In this document: piece by piece, positions 1 to 8,840 of the stretch
Layout of the letters: every line of letters starts with the position of its first letter
How positions within the stretch are numbered: position 1 is the stretch's first letter
NCBI GenBank assembly: GCA_003209915.1
Contig: QCOF01000004.1
Coordinates: forward strand, 43,149-75,148
Direction of reading: 5' to 3'
Source of the DNA: Pelagibacteraceae bacterium AG-430-E20
GTDB lineage: Bacteria; Pseudomonadota; Alphaproteobacteria; Pelagibacterales; Pelagibacteraceae
DNA: 32,000 bases
Translations under genes and position numbers: made by a program
Notes under the pieces: generated by a model
Told to the model about the DNA's origin: nothing
The model's database searches: none
What the model saw: the letters and a program-made list of their open reading frames with translations, nothing else

Positions 1-2
1 TT

Positions 3-140
3 GTAAATTTAGTTAGACTTGAAGTTACTTTATACCCTACACCTGACCTCGCTTTTAGTAATGACTCTAATCCTGTTTCTTGTAAAGGGGGCTTAGAAAC
101 TGAAACTAATGAGATAGTTATCTCAATGAAATACAACTAA
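3..140 (+). CDS. 3' end of an unidentified ORF running off the left edge (partial)
   Basis: Frame 3 is open from the window edge to TAA at 138-140 (46 codons, ...VSCKGGLETETNEIVISMKYN*) in a sequence where random frames close quickly. G+C is visibly higher than in the true spacers. No family recognised. A minus-strand frame over the same bases is also open, so the assignment is weak. Confidence 0.25.
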   Translation, partial: VNLVRLEVTLYPTPDLAFSNDSNPVSCKGGLETETNEIVISMKYN

Positions 141-151
141 AAAGTTATCAT

Positions 152-184
152 TTTAACAAAAGTGTAACAAATCTGTAATATTAA
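152..184 (+). promoter_or_regulatory. Candidate Pho box plus -10 of the pst operon
   Basis: TTTAAC (152), TGTAAC (163) and TGTAAT (174) are direct repeats spaced exactly 11 bp. TATTAA (179-184) lies 10 nt after the second repeat. The same composite geometry recurs at 11549, 13643, 15414 and 26609. Confidence 0.6.
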
Positions 185-228
185 AGATTCAATGAATTTG
201 TACGAGTTGATCATCTTTTAATTAATTA

Positions 229-1278
229 ATGAAAGGATTAAAGATAATGAAAAAACTAACTATAATTGTTGCATCTTTAGTTGCACTAACAATTGCAACT
301 GTTGCACAAGCAAGAGATCAAATCAAAATAGTTGGTTCATCTACAGTATTCCCATATGCAACTGTTGTTGCTGAAAGATTTGGTAGTTCAGGATTTAAAA
401 CTCCTGTGATCGAATCTACTGGTACTGGTGGAGGAGCTAAACTGTTCTGTGCTGGTGTTGGTGAGAACCATCCAGATATAACAAATGCATCAAGAGCAAT
501 GAAAGATAAAGAGAAAGCTCTATGTAAAAAAAATGGTGTTAATGAAATCGTTGAAATCGTAATCGGTAATGACGGTATTACTTTAGCATACAGCTTAGAT
601 GCAAAACCAGTAAACTTTACTAAAGAGCAACTTTGGAAAGCATTGGCGAAACACTCTGTTGTTGACGGTAAATTAGTTGATAACATTTATACTTCATGGG
701 ATCAAATAGATCCGAGTTTACCAAAACAAAAAATTTCAGTTATGATTCCCCCAGGAACTTCTGGAACAAGAGATGCTTGGAATTCTTTGGTAATGAAAAA
801 AGGTATGCCAAAAGAAGCTAAAGCGCTTTATAAAAAAGGTTTTGAAGCTGGAAACAAAAAATATAAAAAACCACAAAAACTTTACAGAGAAGATGGTGCT
901 GCAATTGAAGTAGGTGAAAATGATAGTTTAATTATTCAAAAACTTACTCAAGATAAAGAAATGTTTGGTTTCTTTGGTTTCAGTTACTTCTTAGCTGCTA
1001 AAGATAAACTTCAAGCTGCAAGTATTGAAGGTGGTCAACCTTCTTTAGAATCTATTCAAGATTACAGCTATGCAGTTGCAAGACCATTATTTTTCTACGT
1101 TAAAAAGGCTCACGTTGGTGTAATCCCTGGTTTACATGAATTTGTAAAAGAGTTCACTACAACTAAAGCTATAGGTAAAAATGGTTATTTAGCTGACATT
1201 GGTTTAGTACCGTTAGATAAAAAGTTGTATAGAACAACTAGAGATAACGCGAAAAATCTTGTCGCAATGGCTGACTAA
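229..1278 (+). CDS. pstS: Phosphate ABC transporter substrate-binding protein PstS
   Basis: 349-aa ORF with a signal peptide (KKLTIIVASLVALTIATVAQA) and PstS-type motifs GSSTVFPY, TGTGGG and PPGTSGTRD. It is first in a pstSCAB-phoU array. ATG at 247 is an alternative start. Confidence 0.93.
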   Translation: MKGLKIMKKLTIIVASLVALTIATVAQARDQIKIVGSSTVFPYATVVAERFGSSGFKTPVIESTGTGGGAKLFCAGVGENHPDITNASRAMKDKEKALCKKNGVNEIVEIVIGNDGITLAYSLDAKPVNFTKEQLWKALAKHSVVDGKLVDNIYTSWDQIDPSLPKQKISVMIPPGTSGTRDAWNSLVMKKGMPKEAKALYKKGFEAGNKKYKKPQKLYREDGAAIEVGENDSLIIQKLTQDKEMFGFFGFSYFLAAKDKLQAASIEGGQPSLESIQDYSYAVARPLFFYVKKAHVGVIPGLHEFVKEFTTTKAIGKNGYLADIGLVPLDKKLYRTTRDNAKNLVAMAD

Positions 1279-1303
1279 TAAGTTTGGTTATCAAATAGAA
1301 ATT

Positions 1304-1331
1304 AAGGGGTCTTTTTAGACCCCTTTTTTTT
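1304..1331 (+). terminator. Rho-independent hairpin (attenuator) between pstS and pstC
   Basis: AAGGGGTC-ttttta-GACCCCTT is a perfect 8-bp GC-rich stem followed by a T run. It lies 26 nt after the pstS stop and before the pstC start. Confidence 0.75.
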
Positions 1332-1364
1332 AGAAAAGTGTAAAGTCAACTTAAAGGGGATTCA

Positions 1365-2750
1365 TTGAACTTAATATTATTTATATTTATAGTTTTACTA
1401 GGCTTTACAAGTTATTATTTTGGAAGAAAAAAAGCATATACCATACAATCTACTAATAAAAGATTAACCGCACTCCCACAATTCTATGGATATTATCTTG
1501 CTATATGGTGTGCTATTCCTGCATTTATCATTTATTCTTTATGGGCGATCTTTGAACCAACCATCGTAAAATTACTAATTTTAAGTGATTATGCAAATCA
1601 AGGTTATCTAGATGATGAACTAAATCTAATTTACGAAAAAACGAAAGCACTTTCCCGTGGTCAATTTACAGGAGAGGTTACATCTCTTATACAAACTTCT
1701 TCAGAAAAATATTTAAATCTTCGTTCAATAGCTCAAAGCTCAAAAGTTGTTATAGTTTTATGTATTATTATTGCTTCTGTAGCTTATGCATACAAAAGAA
1801 TCTCATTGAATAATCGAACGAGAGAACCAGTAGAAAAGTTTTTTAACGCTGTTTTATTTACTGCTTCTTTAGCTGCAATTTTAACTACTGTTGGAATTGT
1901 CTTTTCATTAATATTTCAAACAATAGATTTTTTTAAAGTAATCCCTTTGTTTGATTTTGTTTTTGGAACTCATTGGTATCCAGCAAAAGCTTTTGTAAGA
2001 GACTCATCTGAAGCATTAGATCCAACAATGTATTCAGATACTTTTGGCGCAGTTCCAATTTTTGCAGGTACTTTTTTTATAGCCTTCATTGCTATGTGTG
2101 TAGCTATACCGATTGGTCTAATGAGTGGAATATATTTAGCTGAATATGCATCATATAAAGTAAGACAGTATGCTAAACCTTTGATAGAAATTTTAGCTGG
2201 AATACCAACAGTGGTTTATGGTTTTTTTGCAGCTTTAACTGTTGGACCATTTTTAAAAGATATAGGAACAGCAATGGGGCTAGAAGTATCTGCTGAGAGT
2301 GCTCTTGCTGCTGGTGGAGTGATGGGGATTATGATTATTCCATTTATATCAAGTCTTAGTGACGATGTTATCACAAGTGTTCCTCAAAGCCTTAGAGATG
2401 GAAGTTATGCCATGGGTGCAACTAAATCAGAGACTATTAAAAAAGTTATTTTTCCTGCAGCCTTACCTGGAATTGTTGGATCAATATTATTAGGTGTTTC
2501 AAGAGCAATAGGTGAAACAATGATTGTAGTGATGGCATCTGGATTAGCTGCGAACTTAACTTTAAATCCACTAGAGTCTACTTCAACAATTACTGCACAA
2601 ATTGTTGTCATTTTAATTGGTGACCAAGCATTCGGAGATCCAAAAACGCAAGCTGCATTTGCTTTAGGAATGTCATTATTTATAGTCACTTTGTGTTTAA
2701 ACATTGTTGCTTTAAGAGTAGTTAAAAAATATAGAGAAAAATATGAATAA
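1365..2750 (+). CDS. pstC: Phosphate ABC transporter permease PstC (long form)
   Basis: 461-aa multi-TM protein with a permease core and EAA-type loop (SLRDGSYAMGATKSETIKKVIFPAALPG). TTG start follows AAGGGGA by 4 nt. It overlaps pstA by 8 nt. Confidence 0.92.
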   Translation: MNLILFIFIVLLGFTSYYFGRKKAYTIQSTNKRLTALPQFYGYYLAIWCAIPAFIIYSLWAIFEPTIVKLLILSDYANQGYLDDELNLIYEKTKALSRGQFTGEVTSLIQTSSEKYLNLRSIAQSSKVVIVLCIIIASVAYAYKRISLNNRTREPVEKFFNAVLFTASLAAILTTVGIVFSLIFQTIDFFKVIPLFDFVFGTHWYPAKAFVRDSSEALDPTMYSDTFGAVPIFAGTFFIAFIAMCVAIPIGLMSGIYLAEYASYKVRQYAKPLIEILAGIPTVVYGFFAALTVGPFLKDIGTAMGLEVSAESALAAGGVMGIMIIPFISSLSDDVITSVPQSLRDGSYAMGATKSETIKKVIFPAALPGIVGSILLGVSRAIGETMIVVMASGLAANLTLNPLESTSTITAQIVVILIGDQAFGDPKTQAAFALGMSLFIVTLCLNIVALRVVKKYREKYE

Positions 2751-4011
2751 AAATAAAGAAAAACTGTTAGCAAAAAGATATTCCTCAGAAAAAAGATTTC
2801 AGTTTTTAGGTAAAAGTGCAATTTTTATGGCACTTTTGTTTTTGGCAATTTTTATATTTAAAATTTTTTCAACCGGTTATACCGCTTTTCAAAAAACTTG
2901 GTTGATAGTACCTGTCAATTTTGATGCTGAAACTATGTATTTAGATGCTAATCCGTCCAAAGAGGATTTGGAAGACGCTGATTATTTTGAAATATCACTC
3001 CAGTCAATGTTTAACTTAGATAAAAATGCAAATGAGAAACAACAAAATGAATTAAAAAAAATGGTTTCTTATTTTTTTGAAAGAGAAATTAAACAAGAAT
3101 TGATTAATGATCCAAGTTTACTGGGAAAAACAAAAGATGTTTATATCACTGCATCAGATGATTTGGACCAGGTATTTAAAGGAAACTACCCAAGAGACCT
3201 ACCTGAAAACCAAAGAAGAGTTACCGATTATCAATTAAAAATTTTTGATCAACTTGTAGAACAAGGAAAAGTAGAGAGTAAATTTAATTTAAGTTTCTTT
3301 ACTTATCCAGACTCTCGTGAAGCTGAGTTAGCTGGTATTGCAAGTTCGTTTATGGGATCTATATTTTCAATTTTAGTTTGTTTAGCTATTGCTTTTCCTG
3401 TGGCTGTTTTAGCAGCAATATACTTAGAAGAATTTGCCCCCAAAAATAGATTTACAGATTTTATCGAGGTAAATATTAATAATTTAGCAGCAGTACCATC
3501 TATTGTATTTGGTCTTTTAGGTTTGGGAATTTTATTAGCGGTGTTTCAATTACCAAGGTCAACACCTTTAGTTGGAGGAATAACTTTATCTTTGATGACT
3601 TTGCCAACAATAATTATTGCTTGTAGAGCGTCTTTAAAAGCAGTGCCACCGAGTATAAGAGAAGCAGCTCTAGCGATGGGAGCTAGCCGTATGCAAACTA
3701 CAATGCATCATACTGTACCTTTATCGATGCCTGGTACGCTGTCAGGAACTATTATTGGATTAGCTCAAGCATTGGGTGAAACAGCACCATTAATATTGAT
3801 TGGTATGGTAGCTTTTGTAAACACTATCCCTGGCTCACCAATGGACCCTGCTGCAAGTCTGCCTGTTCAAATTTATATTTGGGCTGAAAGTGCTGAGAGG
3901 GGATTTGTTGAAAAAGTTTCAGCTTGTATAATGGTTTTACTTGGTTTTTTAATAGTTATGAATTTGTTCGCACAAATAATAAGACATAAATTTGAAAAAA
4001 AATGGAGTTAA
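2743..4011 (+). CDS. pstA: Phosphate ABC transporter permease PstA (long form with periplasmic insert after TM1)
   Basis: 422 aa. TM1 ([17 protein letters not shown]) is followed by a hydrophilic stretch of about 150 aa and then the permease core ([25 protein letters not shown]). Position is between pstC and pstB. Confidence 0.92.
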   Translation: MNKNKEKLLAKRYSSEKRFQFLGKSAIFMALLFLAIFIFKIFSTGYTAFQKTWLIVPVNFDAETMYLDANPSKEDLEDADYFEISLQSMFNLDKNANEKQQNELKKMVSYFFEREIKQELINDPSLLGKTKDVYITASDDLDQVFKGNYPRDLPENQRRVTDYQLKIFDQLVEQGKVESKFNLSFFTYPDSREAELAGIASSFMGSIFSILVCLAIAFPVAVLAAIYLEEFAPKNRFTDFIEVNINNLAAVPSIVFGLLGLGILLAVFQLPRSTPLVGGITLSLMTLPTIIIACRASLKAVPPSIREAALAMGASRMQTTMHHTVPLSMPGTLSGTIIGLAQALGETAPLILIGMVAFVNTIPGSPMDPAASLPVQIYIWAESAERGFVEKVSACIMVLLGFLIVMNLFAQIIRHKFEKKWS

Positions 4012-4012
4012 T

Positions 4013-4768
4013 ATGATTAAGATTAGTGCAAAAAATGTTGATGTTTTTTATGGAAAAAAACAAGCCTTGTTTAATATAAATTTAGACATTGAGGAAAATC
4101 AGGTAACAGCATTAATTGGACCATCGGGATGTGGTAAATCTACTTTTTTAAGATGCTTAAATAGAATGAATGATGTAATCGATATATGTAAGGTTCAAGG
4201 AGAGATAGTTATAAATGATTTTAATATAAACGATAAAGGGTGTGACGTAGTAAGATTACGAGAAAAAATTGGAATGGTTTTTCAAAAACCAAATCCATTT
4301 CCAAAAACATTATACGAAAATATTTCTTATGGTCCTACAATCCATGGTATGGCTCAATCAAAACAAGAAATGGATGAAATAGTTGAGACAAGTTTAAAAA
4401 AAGCTGCGCTCTGGGAAGAAGTAAAAGATAGACTTCATGAACCTGGAACAGGTTTGTCAGGTGGCCAGCAACAACGGTTATGTATAGCAAGAGCTATTTC
4501 GGTACAACCGGAGGTAATCTTAATGGACGAGCCTTGCTCAGCATTAGACCCAATTGCAACAGCCCAAATTGAGGAGTTAATTGATGAATTAAAGAAAGAA
4601 CATACAATAATTATAGTTACTCACTCTATGGCTCAAGCAGCAAGAGTATCTCAAAATACTGGTTTCTTTCACTTAGGAGAATTGATAGAACATGGATCAA
4701 CAGATAAGATATTTAAGAATCCAGAAAATAATAAAACGCAAGATTATATTACAGGGAGGTTCGGATAA
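4013..4768 (+). CDS. pstB: Phosphate ABC transporter ATPase PstB
   Basis: Walker [10 protein letters not shown], signature LSGGQQQRL, Walker B ILMDEP, H-loop IVTHSM. ATG at 4013 lies 1 nt after the pstA stop. The ORF-track TTG at 3992 would overlap pstA by 20 nt and seems less likely. Confidence 0.96.
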   Translation: MIKISAKNVDVFYGKKQALFNINLDIEENQVTALIGPSGCGKSTFLRCLNRMNDVIDICKVQGEIVINDFNINDKGCDVVRLREKIGMVFQKPNPFPKTLYENISYGPTIHGMAQSKQEMDEIVETSLKKAALWEEVKDRLHEPGTGLSGGQQQRLCIARAISVQPEVILMDEPCSALDPIATAQIEELIDELKKEHTIIIVTHSMAQAARVSQNTGFFHLGELIEHGSTDKIFKNPENNKTQDYITGRFG

Positions 4769-5475
4769 TGTCGGAAGCAACGCATACAGTAAAATCTTAC
4801 GAAGAAGAATTACAAAGTTTAAATAAAAATATCATAAAAATGGGTGTTTCATGCGAAGAGGCATTAGGAAAAGCAATTATTGCAATAACTACTCGTGATA
4901 GCGAAAATGCAGAAACAGTAATAAAAAACGATGAAAAAATTGATAAATTTGAAACTACAATTGAACAACAAGTAGTTAATTTAATTGCCTTAAGACAACC
5001 AATGGCTATAGATTTAAGAGAAACGGTTACAGCACTAAAAATATCCTCTGATTTAGAGAGAATTGGTGATTTAGCCAAAAACATTTCGAAAAGAACTCTG
5101 TTATTAAATGAAAATTTACCAAAAAATCTAGTTGACGCTTTAGTGAGAGTTTCCAAAAATGTTCAAAAACAATTAAAATCTGTTTTAGACGCTTATCTGG
5201 ATAGATCTTCATCGATGGCTGTGAATGTTTGGGAGAATGATGAGCAAATAGATGAGTTAACTAATCTTTGTATGCAAGAAGTAATTAAATATCTTAAAGA
5301 ACATGAAAGCAATTTAGATGATGGAACTCACTTATTATTTGTTACAAAAAATATAGAGAGAATTGGTGATCACTCAACAAACATTGCAGAACAAATATAT
5401 TATTTAGTTGAAGGTGAGTATTTAGAAGGTGATAGACCAAAAGGCACAGAGCCAATAGTAACTGGAGAAATGTAA
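4768..5475 (+). CDS. phoU: Phosphate signalling regulator PhoU
   Basis: 235 aa with two PhoU repeats (SDLERIGDLAKNI and KNIERIGDHSTNIAEQI). Its start overlaps the pstB stop (TAATG). Confidence 0.95.
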   Translation: MSEATHTVKSYEEELQSLNKNIIKMGVSCEEALGKAIIAITTRDSENAETVIKNDEKIDKFETTIEQQVVNLIALRQPMAIDLRETVTALKISSDLERIGDLAKNISKRTLLLNENLPKNLVDALVRVSKNVQKQLKSVLDAYLDRSSSMAVNVWENDEQIDELTNLCMQEVIKYLKEHESNLDDGTHLLFVTKNIERIGDHSTNIAEQIYYLVEGEYLEGDRPKGTEPIVTGEM

Positions 5476-5477
5476 TA

Positions 5478-6161
5478 ATGTCAGCACATGTTTTTATTGC
5501 TGAAGATGAAACACCAATAGTAACTTTATTAAAATACAATTTAGAAAAAGAGGGCCATAAGGTAAGTTTTTCTGAAAATGGAGAGGAAGCACTTAAATTA
5601 ATTAAAGATAAGCAACCTGATTTAATACTTTTGGATTGGATGCTGCCAGATCTTTCTGGAGTGGATCTTTGTAAAAATTTAAAGAAGGATAAAAAATTTA
5701 GTGATATACCAATAATAATGCTAACTGCTAAAGGCGAGGAAGCAGATAAAATTAAAGCATTTGACACAGGTGCAGACGATTATGTGACAAAACCGTTTAG
5801 TCAAAAAGAACTTAATGCTAGAATAAAATCTCTCCTAAGAAGGTCTAAACCTCAATCTTCAGTGGACGTTGTGGAATTTACTGATTTAAAAATAGATAGA
5901 GTAACAAAACGTGTCTACAGAAATAATAAAGAAATATCCTTAGGACCAACTGAATTTAAATTATTAGATTTTTTTATTAAAAACCCTAAAAGAGTTTATT
6001 CACGAGAACAACTTTTAAATAATGTTTGGGGTGAAAATATCTATGTAGAGTCTCGAACGGTTGATGTTCATATAAGAAGATTGAGACAAGCTATAAATAT
6101 AGAAAAAACTAAACCATTAATAAGAACTGTTAGATCGGCAGGTTATTCTTTAGAGTCCTGA
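5478..6161 (+). CDS. phoB: OmpR-family phosphate response regulator PhoB
   Basis: Receiver domain (FIAEDE, LLDWMLPDLSG, MLTAKG) plus winged-helix output (RTVDVHIRRLR, RTVRSAGY). It lies directly after phoU. No sensor kinase gene is present in the window. Confidence 0.94.
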   Translation: MSAHVFIAEDETPIVTLLKYNLEKEGHKVSFSENGEEALKLIKDKQPDLILLDWMLPDLSGVDLCKNLKKDKKFSDIPIIMLTAKGEEADKIKAFDTGADDYVTKPFSQKELNARIKSLLRRSKPQSSVDVVEFTDLKIDRVTKRVYRNNKEISLGPTEFKLLDFFIKNPKRVYSREQLLNNVWGENIYVESRTVDVHIRRLRQAINIEKTKPLIRTVRSAGYSLES

Positions 6162-6667
6162 AGATCTTTTGGTCTAATAAAATCTTTAATTAATCCATTA
6201 TTTTTTATTTTTTTCCATTCAATTAAATCAAAATTAATTTTGGCAAAGGCAGAGGTTGGAAATTTATAATTTAGCAATTTAAAATGATTATTATTTTGGT
6301 TCTTTGTTAAGGCTTTTACTAAATTTCTTACTGTAGGTTCATGGTTAATTAACAAAATAGATTTATATTTTTTTGGAATTTTTTTAATTAACTCAATAAT
6401 TCTATCTTCATTTGCTAAATAAAGTTTCTTCGATGAAAAAATTTTTCTTGGTGTAGCGATTTTCTTTAAAAGTATACTTAAAGTTTTTTTTGTTCTATTT
6501 GCACTAGAAACTAATACATAATCAAACTTATAATTTTTTTTAATAAAAAATTCACAAATTAATTTAGCATTGTTTTTACCTCTTTTACTTAACGGTCTAT
6601 CAAAATCGTCTAGACTGGGATCACTCCAACTGGATTTTGAGTGACGCATGACATATAAATGTAACAT
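6143..6667 (-). CDS. sixA: SixA-like phosphohistidine phosphatase (histidine phosphatase superfamily)
   Basis: 174 aa. Motifs LYVMRHSKS (RHG-type catalytic His), RPLSKRG, SSANRTKKT, LLINHEPT (second His) and FPTSAFA follow the order seen in SixA. Confidence 0.72.
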   Translation of the reverse strand: MLHLYVMRHSKSSWSDPSLDDFDRPLSKRGKNNAKLICEFFIKKNYKFDYVLVSSANRTKKTLSILLKKIATPRKIFSSKKLYLANEDRIIELIKKIPKKYKSILLINHEPTVRNLVKALTKNQNNNHFKLLNYKFPTSAFAKINFDLIEWKKIKNNGLIKDFIRPKDLQDSKE

Positions 6668-6680
6668 TATTTGTAATTAT

Positions 6681-8840
6681 ATGACTCCATTAAAAAAACA
6701 ACAGAAACAAGAGTTAAAATCTAAATATATCAACAGAGAATTATCTTGGCTTAAATTTAATGATAGGGTGTTATTTGAAGCTCAAAATATAGATAATCCA
6801 CTATATGAAAGAGTAAAATTTCTGTCCATAGCTGGATCTAATTTAGATGAGTTTTTTATGGTTCGTGTTGCTGGTTTATATAGTCAGATAAAACAAGAGG
6901 TAGAGTCGTTAAGTTCGGATGGATTAAATCCAGAAGAACAAATGAGTGAAGTTGTTCAAGAAACTAAAAATCTTCTTGTTAAACAGAACTTAATTTACAA
7001 AAATCTAATTTCACAACTAAAGAAAAATTATATTACTTTAGTTAAACCACAAGATCTTAGCAAAAACGAAAAAATCAAATTAAAAAATATTTTTTATGAG
7101 GAAATATATCCTTTACTGACACCTTCAGCTATTGATCCTGCACATCCATTTCCGTTCATAGTAAATCAAGGCAGAGCAGTGGTTATGAAACTTAAAAAAA
7201 AAAATAAAAAAAGATTATTAAATTCAATCATCGTAATTCCCAAAGCTTTATCAAGATTTATAGAAATAGATGGAGGAAAAAATTACAAAAAATATGTTAT
7301 TCTTGATGATATAATTAGTTTTTTTTCTTCTGAAATATTTCCAGATCACAATCTAGAGAGTAAAATGATATTTAGGGTTATTAGAGATAGTGACGTCGAA
7401 ATACAAGAGGAAGCTGAAGATCTGGTAAGATCATTTGAATTAGCACTCAAGAGAAGAAGAATTGGAGATATAGTTCGTTTAGAAGTAATCAAAAACAGCA
7501 ATAAAGATTTAATAAAATTTATTACTAATAAACTAGAAGTAAACCCAGATTATATATACGAAACAGAAGGACTTGTAGGTATTGAAGATATAGATCAAAT
7601 ATGTAAGTTAAAAAACTCTAAACTCAGATTTAAAAATTTTAATCCTCGAGAAGTAGAAAGATTAAAAGAATTTAATAACAATTTTTTTGATACTATAAAA
7701 CAAAAAGATTTAGTTGTTCATCACCCTTTTGAAACATTTGATGCCGTAATTGAATTTTTAAATCAAGCCGCTTATGATAAAAAAGTTATTGCAATAAAAC
7801 AAACCCTTTATAGAACAACTTTAGACTCACCCATAGTTAAAGCGCTTATCTCAGCTGCAGAAAATGGAAAAACGGTCACAGCTCTTATTGAAATTAAAGC
7901 AAGATTTGATGAAGAGGCCAATATTCAATTAGCTAGAAGTTTAGAAAAAGCTGGGGTTCAAATTGTTTACGGTTTTGCTAAGTATAAGACACACGCTAAG
8001 TCTTCTTTAGTGCTTAGACGAGAACTAGGTAAAATACAAACCTATGTTCATTTAGGTACTGGAAATTATCACCCTGTAAATGCAAAAATTTACACAGACC
8101 TATCTTTATTCAGCTCCAATAAAAAAATTGCTGGTGATGTAGAAAAATTTTTTAATTACGTTACAGGTTATTCAAAACCTAGAAATTTAAATAAAATATC
8201 AATTTCACCAATTAATCTAAGAATTACTCTTAACAAATGTATAGATATAGAAATTTCAAACGCTAAAAAAGGAAAAAAAGCTGAAATATGGTCAAAAATG
8301 AACTCTCTGGTTGACCCAATCATCATTGATAAATTTTATGAGGCTTCAAACGCAGGTGTTAAAATTTATCTTTTTGTAAGAGGAGTCTGCTGTTTAAGAC
8401 CGGGTGTAAAAGATAAATCTGAAAATATAGTGGTCAAAAGTATGATAGGAAGATTTCTTGAACACTCAAGAATATATTGTTTTGCAAATGGAAAAGAGAT
8501 GCCTAACAGAAATGCAAAAGTTTTTATTTCTTCAGCTGATTTAATGCCTAGAAATTTGAATAGAAGAGTTGAACTTCTAGTACCAATTGAAAATTCAACA
8601 GTTCATGAACAAATATTAGATCAAATAATGTTAGCAAATTATTTAGACAACAAGCAAAGTTGGCAATTAGATCCAACTGGAAATTATAAAAAAATTAAAT
8701 ATAGTAAAGATGATTCTTTTTCAGCCCATGAATATTTTATGAATAATCCAAGTTTGTCAGGTAGAGGTAAAGCAAAATTAAAAATTCGTCCTAAAAAACT
8801 TAATTTGAGATTAATTAAAAATGACACTCAAAGTTCTTAA
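6681..8840 (+). CDS. ppk: Polyphosphate kinase 1
   Basis: N-terminal YINRELSWLKFNDRVLFEA, central KARFDEEANI and KTHAKS, GTGNYH, C-terminal SSADLMPRNLNRRVE. Size is about 720 aa. ATG at 6681 is preferred over the ORF-track start at 6648, which lies inside the divergent sixA-like gene. Confidence 0.96.
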   Translation: MTPLKKQQKQELKSKYINRELSWLKFNDRVLFEAQNIDNPLYERVKFLSIAGSNLDEFFMVRVAGLYSQIKQEVESLSSDGLNPEEQMSEVVQETKNLLVKQNLIYKNLISQLKKNYITLVKPQDLSKNEKIKLKNIFYEEIYPLLTPSAIDPAHPFPFIVNQGRAVVMKLKKKNKKRLLNSIIVIPKALSRFIEIDGGKNYKKYVILDDIISFFSSEIFPDHNLESKMIFRVIRDSDVEIQEEAEDLVRSFELALKRRRIGDIVRLEVIKNSNKDLIKFITNKLEVNPDYIYETEGLVGIEDIDQICKLKNSKLRFKNFNPREVERLKEFNNNFFDTIKQKDLVVHHPFETFDAVIEFLNQAAYDKKVIAIKQTLYRTTLDSPIVKALISAAENGKTVTALIEIKARFDEEANIQLARSLEKAGVQIVYGFAKYKTHAKSSLVLRRELGKIQTYVHLGTGNYHPVNAKIYTDLSLFSSNKKIAGDVEKFFNYVTGYSKPRNLNKISISPINLRITLNKCIDIEISNAKKGKKAEIWSKMNSLVDPIIIDKFYEASNAGVKIYLFVRGVCCLRPGVKDKSENIVVKSMIGRFLEHSRIYCFANGKEMPNRNAKVFISSADLMPRNLNRRVELLVPIENSTVHEQILDQIMLANYLDNKQSWQLDPTGNYKKIKYSKDDSFSAHEYFMNNPSLSGRGKAKLKIRPKKLNLRLIKNDTQSS

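Noticed and set aside
1-140. Possible structured RNA or tRNA at the left edge, because the G+C is locally higher.
   Set aside because: I found no cloverleaf arms, T-loop (GTTCGA-type) or extended complementarity. The segment is better explained as the tail of a coding region.
229-246. The similar N-terminal strings MKGLKIMK (pstS) and MNGLKIMK (aquaporin) as a shared signal.
   Set aside because: The similarity is short and AT-rich. More likely each contains an internal GGA purine patch followed by the true ATG (247 and 13138). No functional meaning is supported.
3992-4012. Longer ORF-track starts: pstB TTG 3992, ppk ATG 6648, phnG TTG 20938 and phnM TTG 26645.
   Set aside because: Downstream ATGs (4013, 6681, 20950, 26648) remove overlaps with neighbouring genes and match the N-termini expected for these families. 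The uncertainty is only a few codons.
6660-6677. TGTAAC and TGTAAT pair just upstream of the ppk ATG, considered as a Pho box.
   Set aside because: The spacing is 12 rather than 11 bp. The pair ends 4 nt before the ATG and overlaps the sixA-like start codon, so no -10 or TSS could fit.
7194-7204. Long homopolymers inside genes as possible phase-variation switches: A11 in ppk at 7194-7204, T12 in the Nudix gene at 10563-10574 and T10 in the aquaporin 5' end at 13115-13124.
   Set aside because: All are in frame and simply encode Lys runs, as expected in a very AT-rich genome. There is no evidence of alternative frames.
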